From Octopus sinensis (Eukaryota), in assembly GCF_006345805.1 (NCBI RefSeq), contig NC_043015.1:48918001-48982000 (forward strand): a stretch of DNA of 64,000 bases, written 5' to 3'. Below the pieces are notes generated by a model. It saw only the letters and a program-made list of their open reading frames with translations, had not been told where the DNA came from and did no database searches. Position 1 is the first letter of the stretch, and each line of letters starts with the position of its first letter. Of this stretch, positions 11,758 through 23,640 are shown in pieces. A program made the position numbers and the translations under genes.

Positions 11758-12243
11758 CCGTAAATCCTCGAGTATAGTCCGCCCTAGAGTATAATACGCA
11801 GGGGATTTTTTAGGGGGCTGTAACTCTGAAAAACCTAAACCTTGTGTATTAATACGTACCCCTTCTCTAACTTGAGTCAAGGAGGTCTATATAACGTCCT
11901 TGGTTTGTAAAAATGAATACAGTAACATCCTTTATTATTATTGTACATATAACATAATGCAAACGTGTAGCTTTTTTGTGCATTTTGTTTGCAGAAAATA
12001 AAGAAATAACAGTAATAACATTTAATAAATGTTGCTTACTGCAAGTTACGGATGATTCTTTTGTGATTTCATTGCTTTCAGGCTTAGCTTAAGGTATTTT
12101 CACGCCCAACGTCTGAATAAACATTGCCAGACAGCAAATAGAGACTTGAACATTGCTTAGAAAATAATTTTCATTTTTAACCTCGTATATAGTACACATT
12201 AGGGATTGGGAAAAAAATGCGGATTATACCTGAGGATTTACAG
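11758..12243. mobile_element. Tc2/pogo-like MITE
   Basis: TA-CCGTAAATCCTCGAGTATAGTCCGC ... GCGGATTATACCTGAGGATTTACAG-TA. A right-end fragment also occurs at about 23866-23976. Confidence 0.8.
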
Positions 12244-12529
12244 TAATTATTTTCTTTAAAATCTTACTTTTTTTATTTACATATATTTTGTAACTTCCAA
12301 ACTGAAATATTTTACCATTCAGTTAACAGGACACAAATAATAGTGTGTGTGTGTGTGTGTGTTTTAAAACATAGCTTTGTTTAAATTGGGTGTTTGTTTA
12401 GCAAGATTCTTAATGCTATTTAAGTGGAATAATTAACATTATTTTTTCTGTAAATATATACACTAGTTATAAAACATAGTCAATTCAGCTGTGTCACCTT
12501 TCAGTTCCTTCACTGTTTATTACTCAGCT

Positions 12530-13070
12530 AATTCATAATTCAATTGTTTCATCATTCGTTATTCAGTTGTTTCATACTTCATTATCTAACTGTTTTATTC
12601 TTTACTATTCAATCATTTCATCGGTCGTTAGCCGGTCGCTCCGTCGGTCGCCCCGTCGGTCGTTAGCCGGTCGCCCCGTCGGTCGTTAGCCGGTCGCTCC
12701 GTCGGTCGTTAGCCGGTCGCTCCGTCGGTCGTTAGCCGGTCGCTCCGTCGGTCGTTAGCCGGTCGCTCCGTCGGTCGTTAGCCGGTCGCTCCGTCGGTCG
12801 TTAGCCGGCCGCTAGCCGGTCGCTCCGTCGGTCGTTAGCCGGTCGCTCGCCGGTCGCTCCGTCGGTCGTTAGCCAGTCGCTCCGTCGGTCGTTAGCCGGT
12901 CGCTCCGTCGGTCGTTAGCCAGTTGCTTCATCGGTCGTCAGTCAGTTGCTTCATCGGTCGTCAGTCAGTTGCTTCATCGGTCGTCAGTCAGTTGCTTCAT
13001 CGGTCGTTAGCCAGTTGCTTCATCGGTCGTTAGCCAGTTGTTTCACCGGTCATTAGTCAGTCATTTTCAT
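12530..13070. repeat. 23-bp minisatellite, GC-rich core 12623-12920
   Basis: Unit GGTCGTTAGCCGGTCGCTCCGTC grading into GGTCGTCAGTCAGTTGCTTCATC and then into AT-rich flanking variants. Confidence 0.92.
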
Positions 13071-13624
13071 TATTGTAAAACACGTTTTATTCCATGTGTG
13101 TTAAATCAAACTACAACTATTAAATCAGACTTCAATGATAACAAGTTGAGAATAAAACCTCATTAAACAGCTGGATATCAAATGATTTACAAGATAATCA
13201 TAACCCAGTTGTTTGTCAGGCTGTCATCATCATCATCATCATTTAATGTCTGTTTTCCATGCTGGCATGGGTTGGACAGATCTTACATAAGCTGGCAAGT
13301 CAGAAGACTGCAACAGTCTCTTCTGTCTGCTTTGGCATGGTTTTTCACAGTTGGGTGCCCTTCTTAACACCAGCCACTTTTCAGATGGACTGGGTGCTAA
13401 TTATCTGGAACCAGCAGTAATGAGGTCACCAAGTAACTTGTAAGACAAGACCCCCACGACTGAGGTGGGGAAATAACATTAAGGGCCAGAAAAAAAGGTG
13501 TCTTGCAGTAGAGAAGAAACATGGCTGCCTCATGTTGAGAGAGAGAAAAGATGGTGAAGTCGTGATGAAGGATGGCATACCCCAAAGTTAAATGGACAGT
13601 AATAGAACATACATACATATATAT

Positions 13625-13855
13625 AGGCAGCGAGCTGGCAGAAACGTTAGCATGCCGGGCGAAATGCGTAGCCGTATTTCATCTGTCGTTACGTTCCGAG
13701 TTCAAATTACGCCGAGGTCGACTTTGCCTTTCATCCTTTCGGGGTCGATAAATTAAGTACCAGTTACGCACTGGAGTCGATGTAATCGACTTAATCCGTT
13801 TGTCTGTCCTTGTTTGTCCCCTCTGTGTTTAGCCCCTTGTGGGTAGTAAAGAAAT
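13625..13855 (+). mobile_element. tRNA-derived SINE family B
   Basis: GGC(A/G)GCGAGCTGGCAGAAACGTTAGC head, GAGTTCAAATT B box, core GGTCGACTTTGCCTTTCATCCTTTCGGGGTCGATAAATTAAGTACCAG (recalled as similar to Deu/Nin SINE domains, not verified), tail GTAGTAAAGAAATA. Confidence 0.85.
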
Positions 13856-14199
13856 ATATATATTCATACACAAACATGTACACACGCACACAAACATACA
13901 CACATACATACACATATATACACACACGGGCATATACATATATATACATACACACAAACATACGCATAAATATACACACAAACATGCACATATATATACA
14001 CACAAACATATACATACATACACACAAACAGACATATATACACACAAACATATACACATATATATACAGACAAACACACATATATATACAGACAAACATA
14101 CACATATATATACACACAAACATACACATATATATACACACAAACATATACATACATAAACATATACATACACACAAACATATATATATATATATATAT

Positions 14200-14430
14200 A
14201 TTTCTTTACTACCCACAAGGGGCTAAACATAGAGGGGACAAACAAGGACAGACAAAGGAATTAAGTCGATTACATCGACCCAGTGTGAAACTGGTACTTT
14301 ATTTATCGACCCCGAGAGGATGAAAGGCAAAGTCGACCTCGGCGGAATTTGAACTCAGAACGTAACGACAGACGAAATACCACTAAGCATTTCGCCCGGC
14401 GCGCTAACGTTTCTGCCAGCTTGCCACCTT
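14200..14430 (-). mobile_element. SINE family B, inverted partner of 13625-13855
   Basis: Reverse-complement copy. Others at 3550-3783, 24827-25056, 30539-30772, 45110-45342 and 58006-58217 (all minus). Confidence 0.85.
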
Positions 14431-15079
14431 ACACATACATACATATATACACACAGACACACATACATTTATATACAGATATATCATGTACAGCTTCACT
14501 ATTTACTAGTTTTGTTAATATTCGCCATGAATTAATTCACTGATTTTTGTCTTGTAAATATTCCAATTGAGAAAAATAACAGGTAAAATAGCTGACAAAT
14601 ATAAGTTAATTACAGATAAGAAAGCTTTTAAATAATTAAAAAAAAACAACCGAGATAATATCATATCTATTTACTTGCTTTAGTGACTTGCGTACAAATG
14701 TACTGCATGTGGTTTGTTGTGCTTTGTGGAAATTAATAAAACTGTACACATCTTCCGAAGCCATTGTTGCTTTAGCTTTGACTCAATTCTGATTAAACAA
14801 ACCTAAAAACGAAAATTCTTTCAGTCACTAACATTCCACCTTTCTGCATAGCTATGACAACATTGTCAAACAACTTTGTCCTCTGAGTTTTATTTGGCTG
14901 TTATTTCTAGCTGCTGGAGTAGCCGCACAAAGATGCTGTGTGTCAGATGTCAGATGAGAACAATTAGAGGCAAAAAGTTTTCCGTGTGTAAGGATAGAAA
15001 AAGGGAACACAAATCAATGATGATAAACATACATACACACACACAAATGTATGCACGTATCACATATACATAACATGTA

Positions 15080-15644
15080 TTGGGTTGTCCAGAAAGTTGT
15101 GCCGATTTTTAAAGGAAAGAAAAAGGTCAATAAATACTTGCCATTACATTTTTAATCAACTAAATATGAACCATTTTGTTGCACAATGCATCTCCATCTT
15201 TCCTTTAACTTGAAAATACCCTCTTCCCAGAACTGAGGTGGTTTCATGGCAAAGAATTCATCAAGGTATCTTTTTACGTCATCCAAGGAATTGAAATTTT
15301 TACCATTAACACTATTCTGCAGAGACCTGAATAAGTGGAAATCCGAAGGAGCAATATCTGGTGAATATGGAGGGTGGAGTAACACATCCCAGCCGAGCTG
15401 CAGCAATTTTTGTCTGGTTCCCAAAGCATCAAGTGCTGAAAATGAATTTTTGTATCTTCCATTTTAAAGGGTTACAGAATTAAGACACGTTATAGGAACA
15501 TAAACCTTCTTCCACGAAAAGATAGCTTAAACTGTGCTCTAAATGGAGATTTAGTCAAATCCTATTTTATGGACTCAACCATGTTCTAAAATAAGTCGAA
15601 AGGTAAGCTGCTATAAATCGGCATGAACTTTCCGGACAACCCAA
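15080..15644 (-). mobile_element. Non-autonomous mariner, 565 bp
   Basis: TA flanks, about 30-bp TIRs; encodes the transposase C-terminus GWDVLLHPPYSPDIAPSDFHLFRSLQN...WRCIVQQNGSY (mariner YSPD-APSD motif). Confidence 0.92.
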
Positions 15645-15730
15645 TATAAACACACACAATATGCACACACATAGACAGACACACAGACACATCTCAGTGT
15701 TGCAAGTTCTACAGCATAGAAAAGCATAAA

Positions 15731-16135
15731 TATGAGGGTGAGTCAAAAAGTAATGCCATTTTGTTTAGGACAGGTGTAATTACCAACGTAGGAACATGTA
15801 TCATACATCAAAAATGAACCTGGTCCTTTGTGGGTCACATCCCTACTTCTCAACATAGTCACTGTTTCTCTCAATAGCAATGTTCCACCTTCAAATGAGA
15901 GCATGTATCTTTGCCCCGTAAAATTCTGTTGACTGTTCTTTGAGCCACTTCTTCACTTCAGTTTTCACTTCCTCGTCACTGGACTATCATCTCTTCGACC
16001 CCATGAAAGAGGGTTTGAGAGGCAAACATTATTCCAGTGACGAGGAAGTGAAAACTGTAGTGAAGAAATGGCTCAAAGAGCAGTCAACAGAATTTTACAA
16101 GACAGGGATACATGCTCTCATTAGAAGGTGGAAAA
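15731..16135. mobile_element. Mariner (other family) 3' end with internal fold-back
   Basis: TATGAGGGTGAGTCAAAAAGTAATGCC TIR-like end; DYHLFDPMKEGLRGKHYSSDEEVKTVVKKWLKEQSTEFYKTGIHALIRRW on plus, with an inverted copy at 15883-15983. Confidence 0.8.
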
Positions 16136-16164
16136 AAATTAAGTAAAAAAAGTAGGAAAATTAA

Positions 16165-16352
16165 TCAAGAATCCTTGTCCAGTACCAGATCAATCCCCAA
16201 ATCTAATCAGTCTGTGCCAGTTACAAGGCCAAACATCCCTGAAAGTTTCATCCGAAACCATCCAGCGGTTCTTGAGATATCTTGTCCTTGGACAAACAAA
16301 CAAACATGACTGAAAACAAAACCTCTACTTTAGCGAAGGCGGAGGTAATAAT
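16165..16352 (+). mobile_element. Helentron/HINE-like 3' end
   Basis: (CAAA)n microsatellite followed by the terminal hairpin ACCTC(T)AC...GGCGGAGGT. Confidence 0.45.
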
Positions 16353-16682
16353 TATAAAGCTGCTAAGTTAATAACAGGTAAAATAGCTGACAAATATAAG
16401 TTAATTACAGATAAGAAAGCTGTTAAAAAATTAAAAAAACCAACCGAGATAATATCATATCTATTTACTTGCTTTAGTGACTTGCGTACAAATGTACTAC
16501 ATGTGGTTTGTTGTGTTTTGTGGAAATTAACAAAATGCCACAGGTTTCAGTACACTTGGCTGTCAAAGATAGATGCCAGAATAGATATCAGGATCTATGA
16601 GGAAATGTTACCAAAAACAGATTGGTATCCTAATCTGAAGGAGAGCCCTTCTTCATCTGTTTTAACTCTTTGTAGCATCAAA

Positions 16683-17127
16683 CTTCCCTGGGCATGGACA
16701 CATTGAAACTCCGACGTCTGGCAGCTGACTTGGTAGACACCCATAAAATTATCAACCATCGCACAAACAATAACACTGAGCACCTCTTTAAACTCCACCC
16801 ATCTAACACCCGTGGACATATTTACAAAGTAAGAAAACAGCACAGCTCCCATGACTTCAGGAAACATTTTTTCATGCTGAGAGTTGCTGAAGCGTGGAAC
16901 AAACTGCCGACATCGGTTGTTAGTTGTCGGAGCACTGCATCCTTCAAGACTGCCATGCTTCCTGAGATTCGCCAACACTACACTTGATTTTCTCCCCTCC
17001 ATACACACACAAGCATGCTCACTTTCCAGACATTTCTACATTACTGCATGTACTTTATATGCACTTTCTGACAAGTTGTGGTGCACCTGAGCACTGTATA
17101 CAATAATTTCATTATTATTATTATTTT
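16683..17127 (+). mobile_element. CR1/L2-type LINE 3' end
   Basis: MDTLKLRRLAADL...NTRGHIYKVRKQHSSHDFRKHFFMLRVAEAWNKLP is the typical CR1-group ORF2 C-terminus; (ATT)n tail at about 17110-17127. Confidence 0.85.
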
Positions 17128-18006
17128 AAACCAAGAAACTGGGCCCATGAGCCTGGCTAGGCTTTAAAAGGGTGCATTTATTATTATATTTAAGGTTGAT
17201 TTGGTAGGTAAAGAATGCCACCAGATACAAAGAAAGTTATGAGGTCACTAAGGGGTCATTTTCCATGGGGAAATATTTTCTTTCAATGTATAAATGATTC
17301 AAAATTAATCTTCTGTGACATTCCAAAGAAACAATTACCAGATCGAACAGATTAACAATACAGCTCAATTAACCTACTTAGAAGAAAATATCGTTAGAGA
17401 CAATCTCAAACTTATCAATTACAATATCGATTCTTTTATTCTGCATAGTGAAACAGTCCAGGAGATGCACTGTACTATTTATTCCTTGTACACATGCAGC
17501 ATAATGTTTCAGCCTGAAATAGCAGTCAAATATACCTCAAATCACACCATACAATTCTATACAGGATAATATTTAAAAAAAAATTTTTTTTTTATTCTTT
17601 TACTCGATTCTCATTTGACTGCAGCCATGCTGGAGCACCACCTTCAAGGGTTATATATTAACATATTATCCCGTATATTTTCGTTCAGAAATGTCTAGTA
17701 AATATATATCTGAATGAAAACATACGTTCACTGTACTCCGAGGTATCCGTTGCTTGTTGCTAACCCGAAATATGTTATTCATGATGTCATTCCAGTTTTC
17801 TATCATTAACTACCATTTCTATAAGTAACTTCATAATAAAACATAACTGACCCAAAATAATTTAATTATTCTTCCTTATATGCAGATTCAAAATTAATAA
17901 TAATTAAAAAATTTTCTGCATGGAAATTGACAAAAAATGTGTATGTTAAGTGGTTAATATGGTAGGTGAAGCATATGGTGAAGTTCAGCAGAAATGTGTT
18001 GAAAAT

Positions 18007-18062
<56 letters not shown>

Positions 18063-18098
18063 AACATGACAAATTTTTCTGAATTTTTATATTTTATC

Positions 18099-18293
18099 TG
18101 TGAGGTATACTAGCCATCTCAATATGGCTAACCACTAAGGGTGGGTGTTACTGTAGCTAGTAGCCCTAGGAGAACATCGTCTCCAGAAAGTGTGCCTAAA
18201 GCCAGCTGGTGACGATGTTCTCCTAGGGCTACTAGCTACAGTAACACTCACCCTTAGTGGTTAGCCATATTGAGATGGCTAGTATACCTCACA
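18099..18293. repeat. Near-perfect inverted repeat (83-bp arms, 29-bp spacer)
   Basis: TGTGAGGTATACTAGCC...CATCGTC / GACGATG...GGCTAGTATACCTCACA. Confidence 0.9.
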
Positions 18294-19399
18294 TTGTCGT
18301 TCAGAGATTTATCATTGCTTATATTTTATCCCTTCTCTTTGAAAAGGGGAGTTTTTCCCCCAAAATATTTAAAGGTCATTAAACAACCTGTGTAAGGTAA
18401 TTCAATGTTTTTAAAGTCATTGCCATCACCTTGTATATTTTGCTTAACTTCTCACCTTCACTGCTCAAAGGATTTTACAAGCATCTCATTTACAAACATG
18501 TATGTATATGTAGGTATATATAATATATCAGCGAAAGATGTTGGCAAAAGAAGAACTCCCCTGAATGGGGGAGGGTGATGATGATGATGATGGCAACATA
18601 TAAGATGTGGGCTAAATGTTTGGTAATGAAAAACAGAAAACAAAAGAACAGAATCATTTTACTACAAGAGTGTGTGTTGTTGTTTGGTCTAGGTCAGCTT
18701 TAATCCAGCAGATCCATAATTGAAAGTATTCCAGCCATAATCAGCTCATTTTTTTCTTTTTTTTCTGAACAATAGATGCAGGCATAGCTATGTGATAAGA
18801 AGTTTGCTTCCAAACCACTTGTCTCTTGGTTCAGTCCCACTCTGTTGCACCTTGGTCAAGCATCTTTTACTATAGCCTTGGACCAACCAAAGCATTTGTG
18901 AGGGAAATTGGATGCAGGATTTGGAAGATAGGAATAATGCCTGGATGTTTACACTATATGCTATGTTGACTTGCATAACAGAAAATACAACATGTGTGTA
19001 TGTATATGTTTGATAGTGTATATATATAATGTATATATATTGCATTTTCTGGTTTTCAAGTCAAAGTTTTCAGGCCAAAATTTAGTCAACAAAAAAAAAA
19101 AAAAAAAAAAAAGTAGGTTGACTTATACACCAAGACATCTTTGGAGGACCAGAAATTCCAAGTGAAATGCAGGATTTGGAAAGATTGTGATGATGTTTGA
19201 ACACTACATGTTCACATTATGTGCTACCTCAACTTTTAGGATGAAAAATGCAAGAATAAATTTGTTCAATGAGGGTTAACTTAAATAACAACAACAACAA
19301 CCAGCACTATTACAATAAAAAAATTCCAGTTGTATTAAAATAGACTGCACAATAAATGAGGATTCAGTAGGTAGAAACAGCAAAACTAAACTACCTACA

Positions 19400-19620
19400 C
19401 AAGGAAGTGAGGAATGAAAAGTTCCTGGCTTTGGGTAAAAGAAAATACAGGAGGATCAGTTATGATTTTATTCAATATATTCCCGTCTCCGATTCACACA
19501 CTTATTGCAGCAGCCCTTCAGTTTTTCTAAGTCCTGTAAAAGAGCTCTGAAGGTTGGGCTCCCAATCAGGCCTTTCGCAACACCCTTAAAGCCAGGAACT
19601 TTTCGGTACTCCATCATATA
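19400..19620 (-). mobile_element. Mariner-derived MITE
   Basis: Inverted ends GAAAAGTTCCTGGCTTT / AAAGCCAGGAACTTTTC; C-terminal remnant KLKGCCNKCVNRRREYIE*. Confidence 0.65.
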
Positions 19621-19925
19621 CGGTACTCCATCATACAATAAAATAACACAGGAAAGAATGTGTAGCAAGGTCTTAGATGATAATCTGGAGAACTGTACCT
19701 GTTAGTCATTTCTAGATTTTGTTGCTACCAATCTGCCCAAAGAGAGCTGACTGAAACCACCAAATAAAAAATTTTTGAAAATGGTTAGCATGACATACTT
19801 TTATTCAAGCTGGAGATATTTTCTTCATAATGAAATACTTTATTCTATTTACTTCCTCCAGGCTAAACATTAATCAACATCAAGCTAACCATTAATATTC
19901 CACATGTTGACGATGATGATAACGG

Positions 19926-19961
<36 letters not shown>

Positions 19962-20729
19962 CGACGATGGTGATGAAGATGGTGATGATTCTGCAATGAT
20001 ATAAGAAGACAATTTAGTTCTTTGTTTCTTTTCCAATATTAACGAGTCACGTGACAGGTTGCCATAGTAACATATTACTGTCAGCACTCAAGCAACAGTT
20101 GATGAGGACTCGTTAAGATACCACACGGTACAATGAGGTTACTGTCAAAGATAGCAGAAAGGCTAACGATTAATGAAAGAAAACAAAAAATAACAATATT
20201 GTTAATTATGAAATAAATGCAATGAAGACATGGTTAAATAATGAAGGATTGTGTCAACGCTAATGAAGATAATGGTTAGAATGATACAAGCAAAAATGTA
20301 ATTTAAAAAATGGTTTTCTAAATATTTTGTATCATATAAAAAGATACAGTTCATTATTTTCTCACCGTTTCACTGTCCAGTTTTCCATGTTCACATGGGT
20401 CAGTTGGAGTTTATTAAGGCATATTTTCTATGGCCAGATGCCCTTCCTGCCACCAACCCTCACCTACATCCAAGTAAGGTAACATTTCCCCATGACCAGA
20501 CATTTTTATAGACGGTTGGATGCCACTTGAGTAAAGGTGACTCCCGCCCTTTAGCATTTAAACCGGCCATATCCAGTCCATATATTCTACCAGTTTTATG
20601 TTGAAACTGGACAGATCCAGCCTCTCACACCTACCCTACAATGTCAATCTAAAAATGAACATTCACATCAAAATCAAGACTATGAGATAAAATGTGGTTA
20701 ATTTTTTTAAATGTAGATAAATAAGGATT

Positions 20730-21277
20730 GCAGCGTGGAAGGTGTTTGTAAGCCATTTAAGAAAAACACAAAAGCAGTTTGATTCACTTCAACATTTAAG
20801 TTTAATTTGTCAAAATATTTTCGTCGCTTTAAGACCGTGACCTTCTCACTGACAAAAATCCGTGCTGCATCTGAGAAAGTAACAGTTAGTTCGTTATATA
20901 TATGTATGTATGTGTGTGTGTATGTATGCATGTATGTACGTATGCATGTGTGTATGTATGTATGTATACACACACATACATACACACATCTGTACGTACG
21001 TACATGCATGCATACATACATACACACACACATACATACGTACATATATATAATGAACTAATTGTTACTTTCTCAGATGCAGCACGGACTTTGTCAGTGA
21101 ACAGGTCGCGGATTTTAGCGACGAAAATATTTTGATAAATTAAACTTAAATGTTGAAGTGAATCGAACGGCTTTTGTGTGTTTCTTAAATGGCTTACAAA
21201 CACCTTCCACGCTGCAATTGTTTTCGTTTCAGCACATGATCTCAGATCAAATCACTTGCTATGCAGGTACATCTCCG
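20730..21277 (+). mobile_element. Fold-back insertion with 12-bp TSD, Penelope-like, carrying a hammerhead-like motif
   Basis: TSD TAAATAAGGATT at 20718-29 and 21278-89; arms about 20727-20900 / 21047-21218 around a (TATG)n/(CATA)n palindromic centre; unpaired tail of about 58 bp. Confidence 0.75.
21090..21140 (+). ncRNA. Candidate non-canonical hammerhead ribozyme (G3:C8 core)
   Basis: UUUGUCA-GUGAACA-G-GUCGC(GGAUUUUA)GCGAC-GAAA-AUAUUUU-UGAUAAA: 7-bp stem I, 5-bp stem II, GAAA, AAUAUU palindrome. Confidence 0.6.
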
Positions 21278-22088
21278 TAAATAAGGATTACATTTGATGA
21301 ATTAACCTGAATGTTATAGGGTTAAGGCAAATTTTCTACAGCTGGATGCTCTTCACGTCACTAACCCTCAACTGTTTCCAAGTAAGGTAACATTTCCCCA
21401 TGACCAGATAGATTTTCATAGATTGGAACTTAAGGATGATACTTATGTAAAGGTGACTCTCATTTACAACTATCACATGTCAAAACAAGGAGAAAGTAAC
21501 ACATACATGTTTTCCTATCATGCATGTATCAATTTAGTAATTCCTCAGTGGCTTAGGAGTATTTTGACTTCTATTTTCAGCAAAGCAGGTGCTTATGTAG
21601 TACCCTAGTATTACTCTTTTACATGTTTCAGTCATTTGACTGAGGCCATGCTGGAGCACTGCCTTTATTCGAGCAACAAATCAACCCCAGGGCTTATTCT
21701 TTGTAAGCCTAGTACTTATTCTATCAGTCTCTTTAGCCGAACCACTAAGTTATGGGGACGTAAACACACCAGCATCGGTTGCCACACACACACACATATA
21801 TATACATATATAGGATGGGCTTCCTTCAGTTTCCGTCTACCAAATCCACTCACAAGGCTTTAGTCGGCCCGAGGCTATAGTAGAAGACACTTGCCCAAGG
21901 TGCCACGCAGTGGGACTGAACCCAAAACCACATGGTTGGTAAGCAAGCTACATATTTATATATATATCTTATATACGATTATTAATTTTGCCTATACGGC
22001 TTTTATGCTCACGGCCACTAGCATTATTTTTAGAAATAATAGTGTTCTTTTATATTTATACATAAATATATACATATTTATATATATA

Positions 22089-22333
22089 TTGGGTTGTTGC
22101 ATAATTATTGTGGCTTTTTTTTTAACAAATTTTATTCAACAAAAACAATATTTAACAAAAACATCTTTAAATGACTGTTTGACCATCTGCCAAGGAAATG
22201 GGAAACAATAATTGAAGTAGATGCTGAATATGCTCCGGAATAATTATTTAAAGATGTTTTTGTTACATGTTGTTATTGTTTTTATTGAATAAAATTTGTT
22301 AAAAAAAGCTGCAATAATTATGCACCAACCCAA
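22089..22333. mobile_element. Mariner-derived MITE with about 80-bp TIRs
   Basis: TA-TTGGGTTG(T/G)TGCATAATTATTG ... CAATAATTATGCACCAACCCAA-TA; internal HLPRKWETIIEVDAEY remnant. Confidence 0.8.
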
Positions 22334-22340
22334 TATATAA

Positions 22341-22404
<64 letters not shown>

Positions 22405-22576
22405 TACACACATGCACATGATAAGCTTCCTTCAGTTTCCTACGAAATCCACTCACAAGGCTTTGGTTGGTCCGAGACTAAAGTAGAAAATGTTTGCCCA
22501 AAATGTCACGCGGTAGGACTAAACTTGAAACCATGTAACTGAAAAGCAAACTTCATGCCTATATAAAATTCTGAGA

Positions 22577-22910
22577 CCCCCTTCGGTCACGACACAGACC
22601 ATGGGATTGCACCTAGAAAGTTATCCTCCCAGGCACAAATCCGGGCAAGGTTGTTTATGGAAGACCAGCAGTCGCCCATGCATACTGGCCTCCCCTCTTC
22701 ATGCCACTGGTGTTATCCAAGGGAAAGACAAAAGCCTATACAGCTTGGTACCTGTGACATCACAACTCATTTCTACAGCTGAGTGGACTGGACCAATGTG
22801 AAATATAGTGTCTTGCTCAAGAACACAACATGCAGCCCAGTCCAGGATTCGAGCTCACAATCTCACAATCGTAAGCTCGACGCTCTAACCACTGAGCCAT
22901 GCGCCTTCAC
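22577..22910 (-). mobile_element. tRNA-derived SINE (third family)
   Basis: Minus-strand head GGCGCATGGCTCAGTGGTTAGAGC...TCGAATCC, then GTGTTCTTGAGCAAGACAC; second copy at 42663-42980. Confidence 0.8.
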
Positions 22911-23202
22911 ATATATAAAATTATACTATTTATATCTCTTCTGGTGAGTTCATTATATGTTGGTTAAATTAAAAATTCTGATATATTATTAAAGGTTCTG
23001 AACAAAGACAAGTCAACCAGAAATATCCCAGCTGTAGCTAATGAGAGCAAATAATTTATCAGAATACCCTTAATGATAACAGTGGATGATTAGTTTCACT
23101 AAAAGAATAGAGGCAAGAGCCATTAGTTGTGAAAATAACATGAACTAAACCGTAATTATATAAGCAAATATATGTTACATGTACTACATATATACACAAT
23201 CA

Positions 23203-23640
23203 TCATCAATATCATCATTGTTTAACGTCCGTTTTCCATGCTAGCATGGGTTGGATGGTTCAACTGGGGTCTGGGAAGCCAAGAGGCTATGCCAGGCTCC
23301 AGTCTGATCTAACAGTGTTTCTAAAGCTGGATGCCCTTCCTAATGCTAACTGCTCTGTGAGTGTAGTTGGTGCTTTTTACGTGCCACCGGCACAGGGGCC
23401 AGAGGAGGCTGGAAAACGGCCATGATCGGTTGGTGCTTTTTACTTGTCACTGACATGGACACCAGTCAGGCGGTGCTGGCATCATCCACGTTCGGGTGGT
23501 GCTTTTTATGTGCCACCGGCATAGGTATCACAACTACAATTTCCATTTGATTTATATTTTGATGTACTTGACTCAATAGGTCTCCTCAAGCACAGCGGGT
23601 CACCCTACAATCCAAGGTTAGCACAGCAGCCGTCCTGCGA
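23203..23640 (-). mobile_element. RTE 3'UTR/tail copy
   Basis: Same tail plus upstream UTR modules; near-identical in structure to 39316-39800. Confidence 0.8.

Larger units (their letters stand above)
20547..21321. mobile_element. piggyBac-like MITE (family 1) carrying a nested fold-back element
   Basis: CCCTTTAGCATTTAAACCGGCC start and AGGG-TTAA end; interrupted at 20730-21277. Confidence 0.72.
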
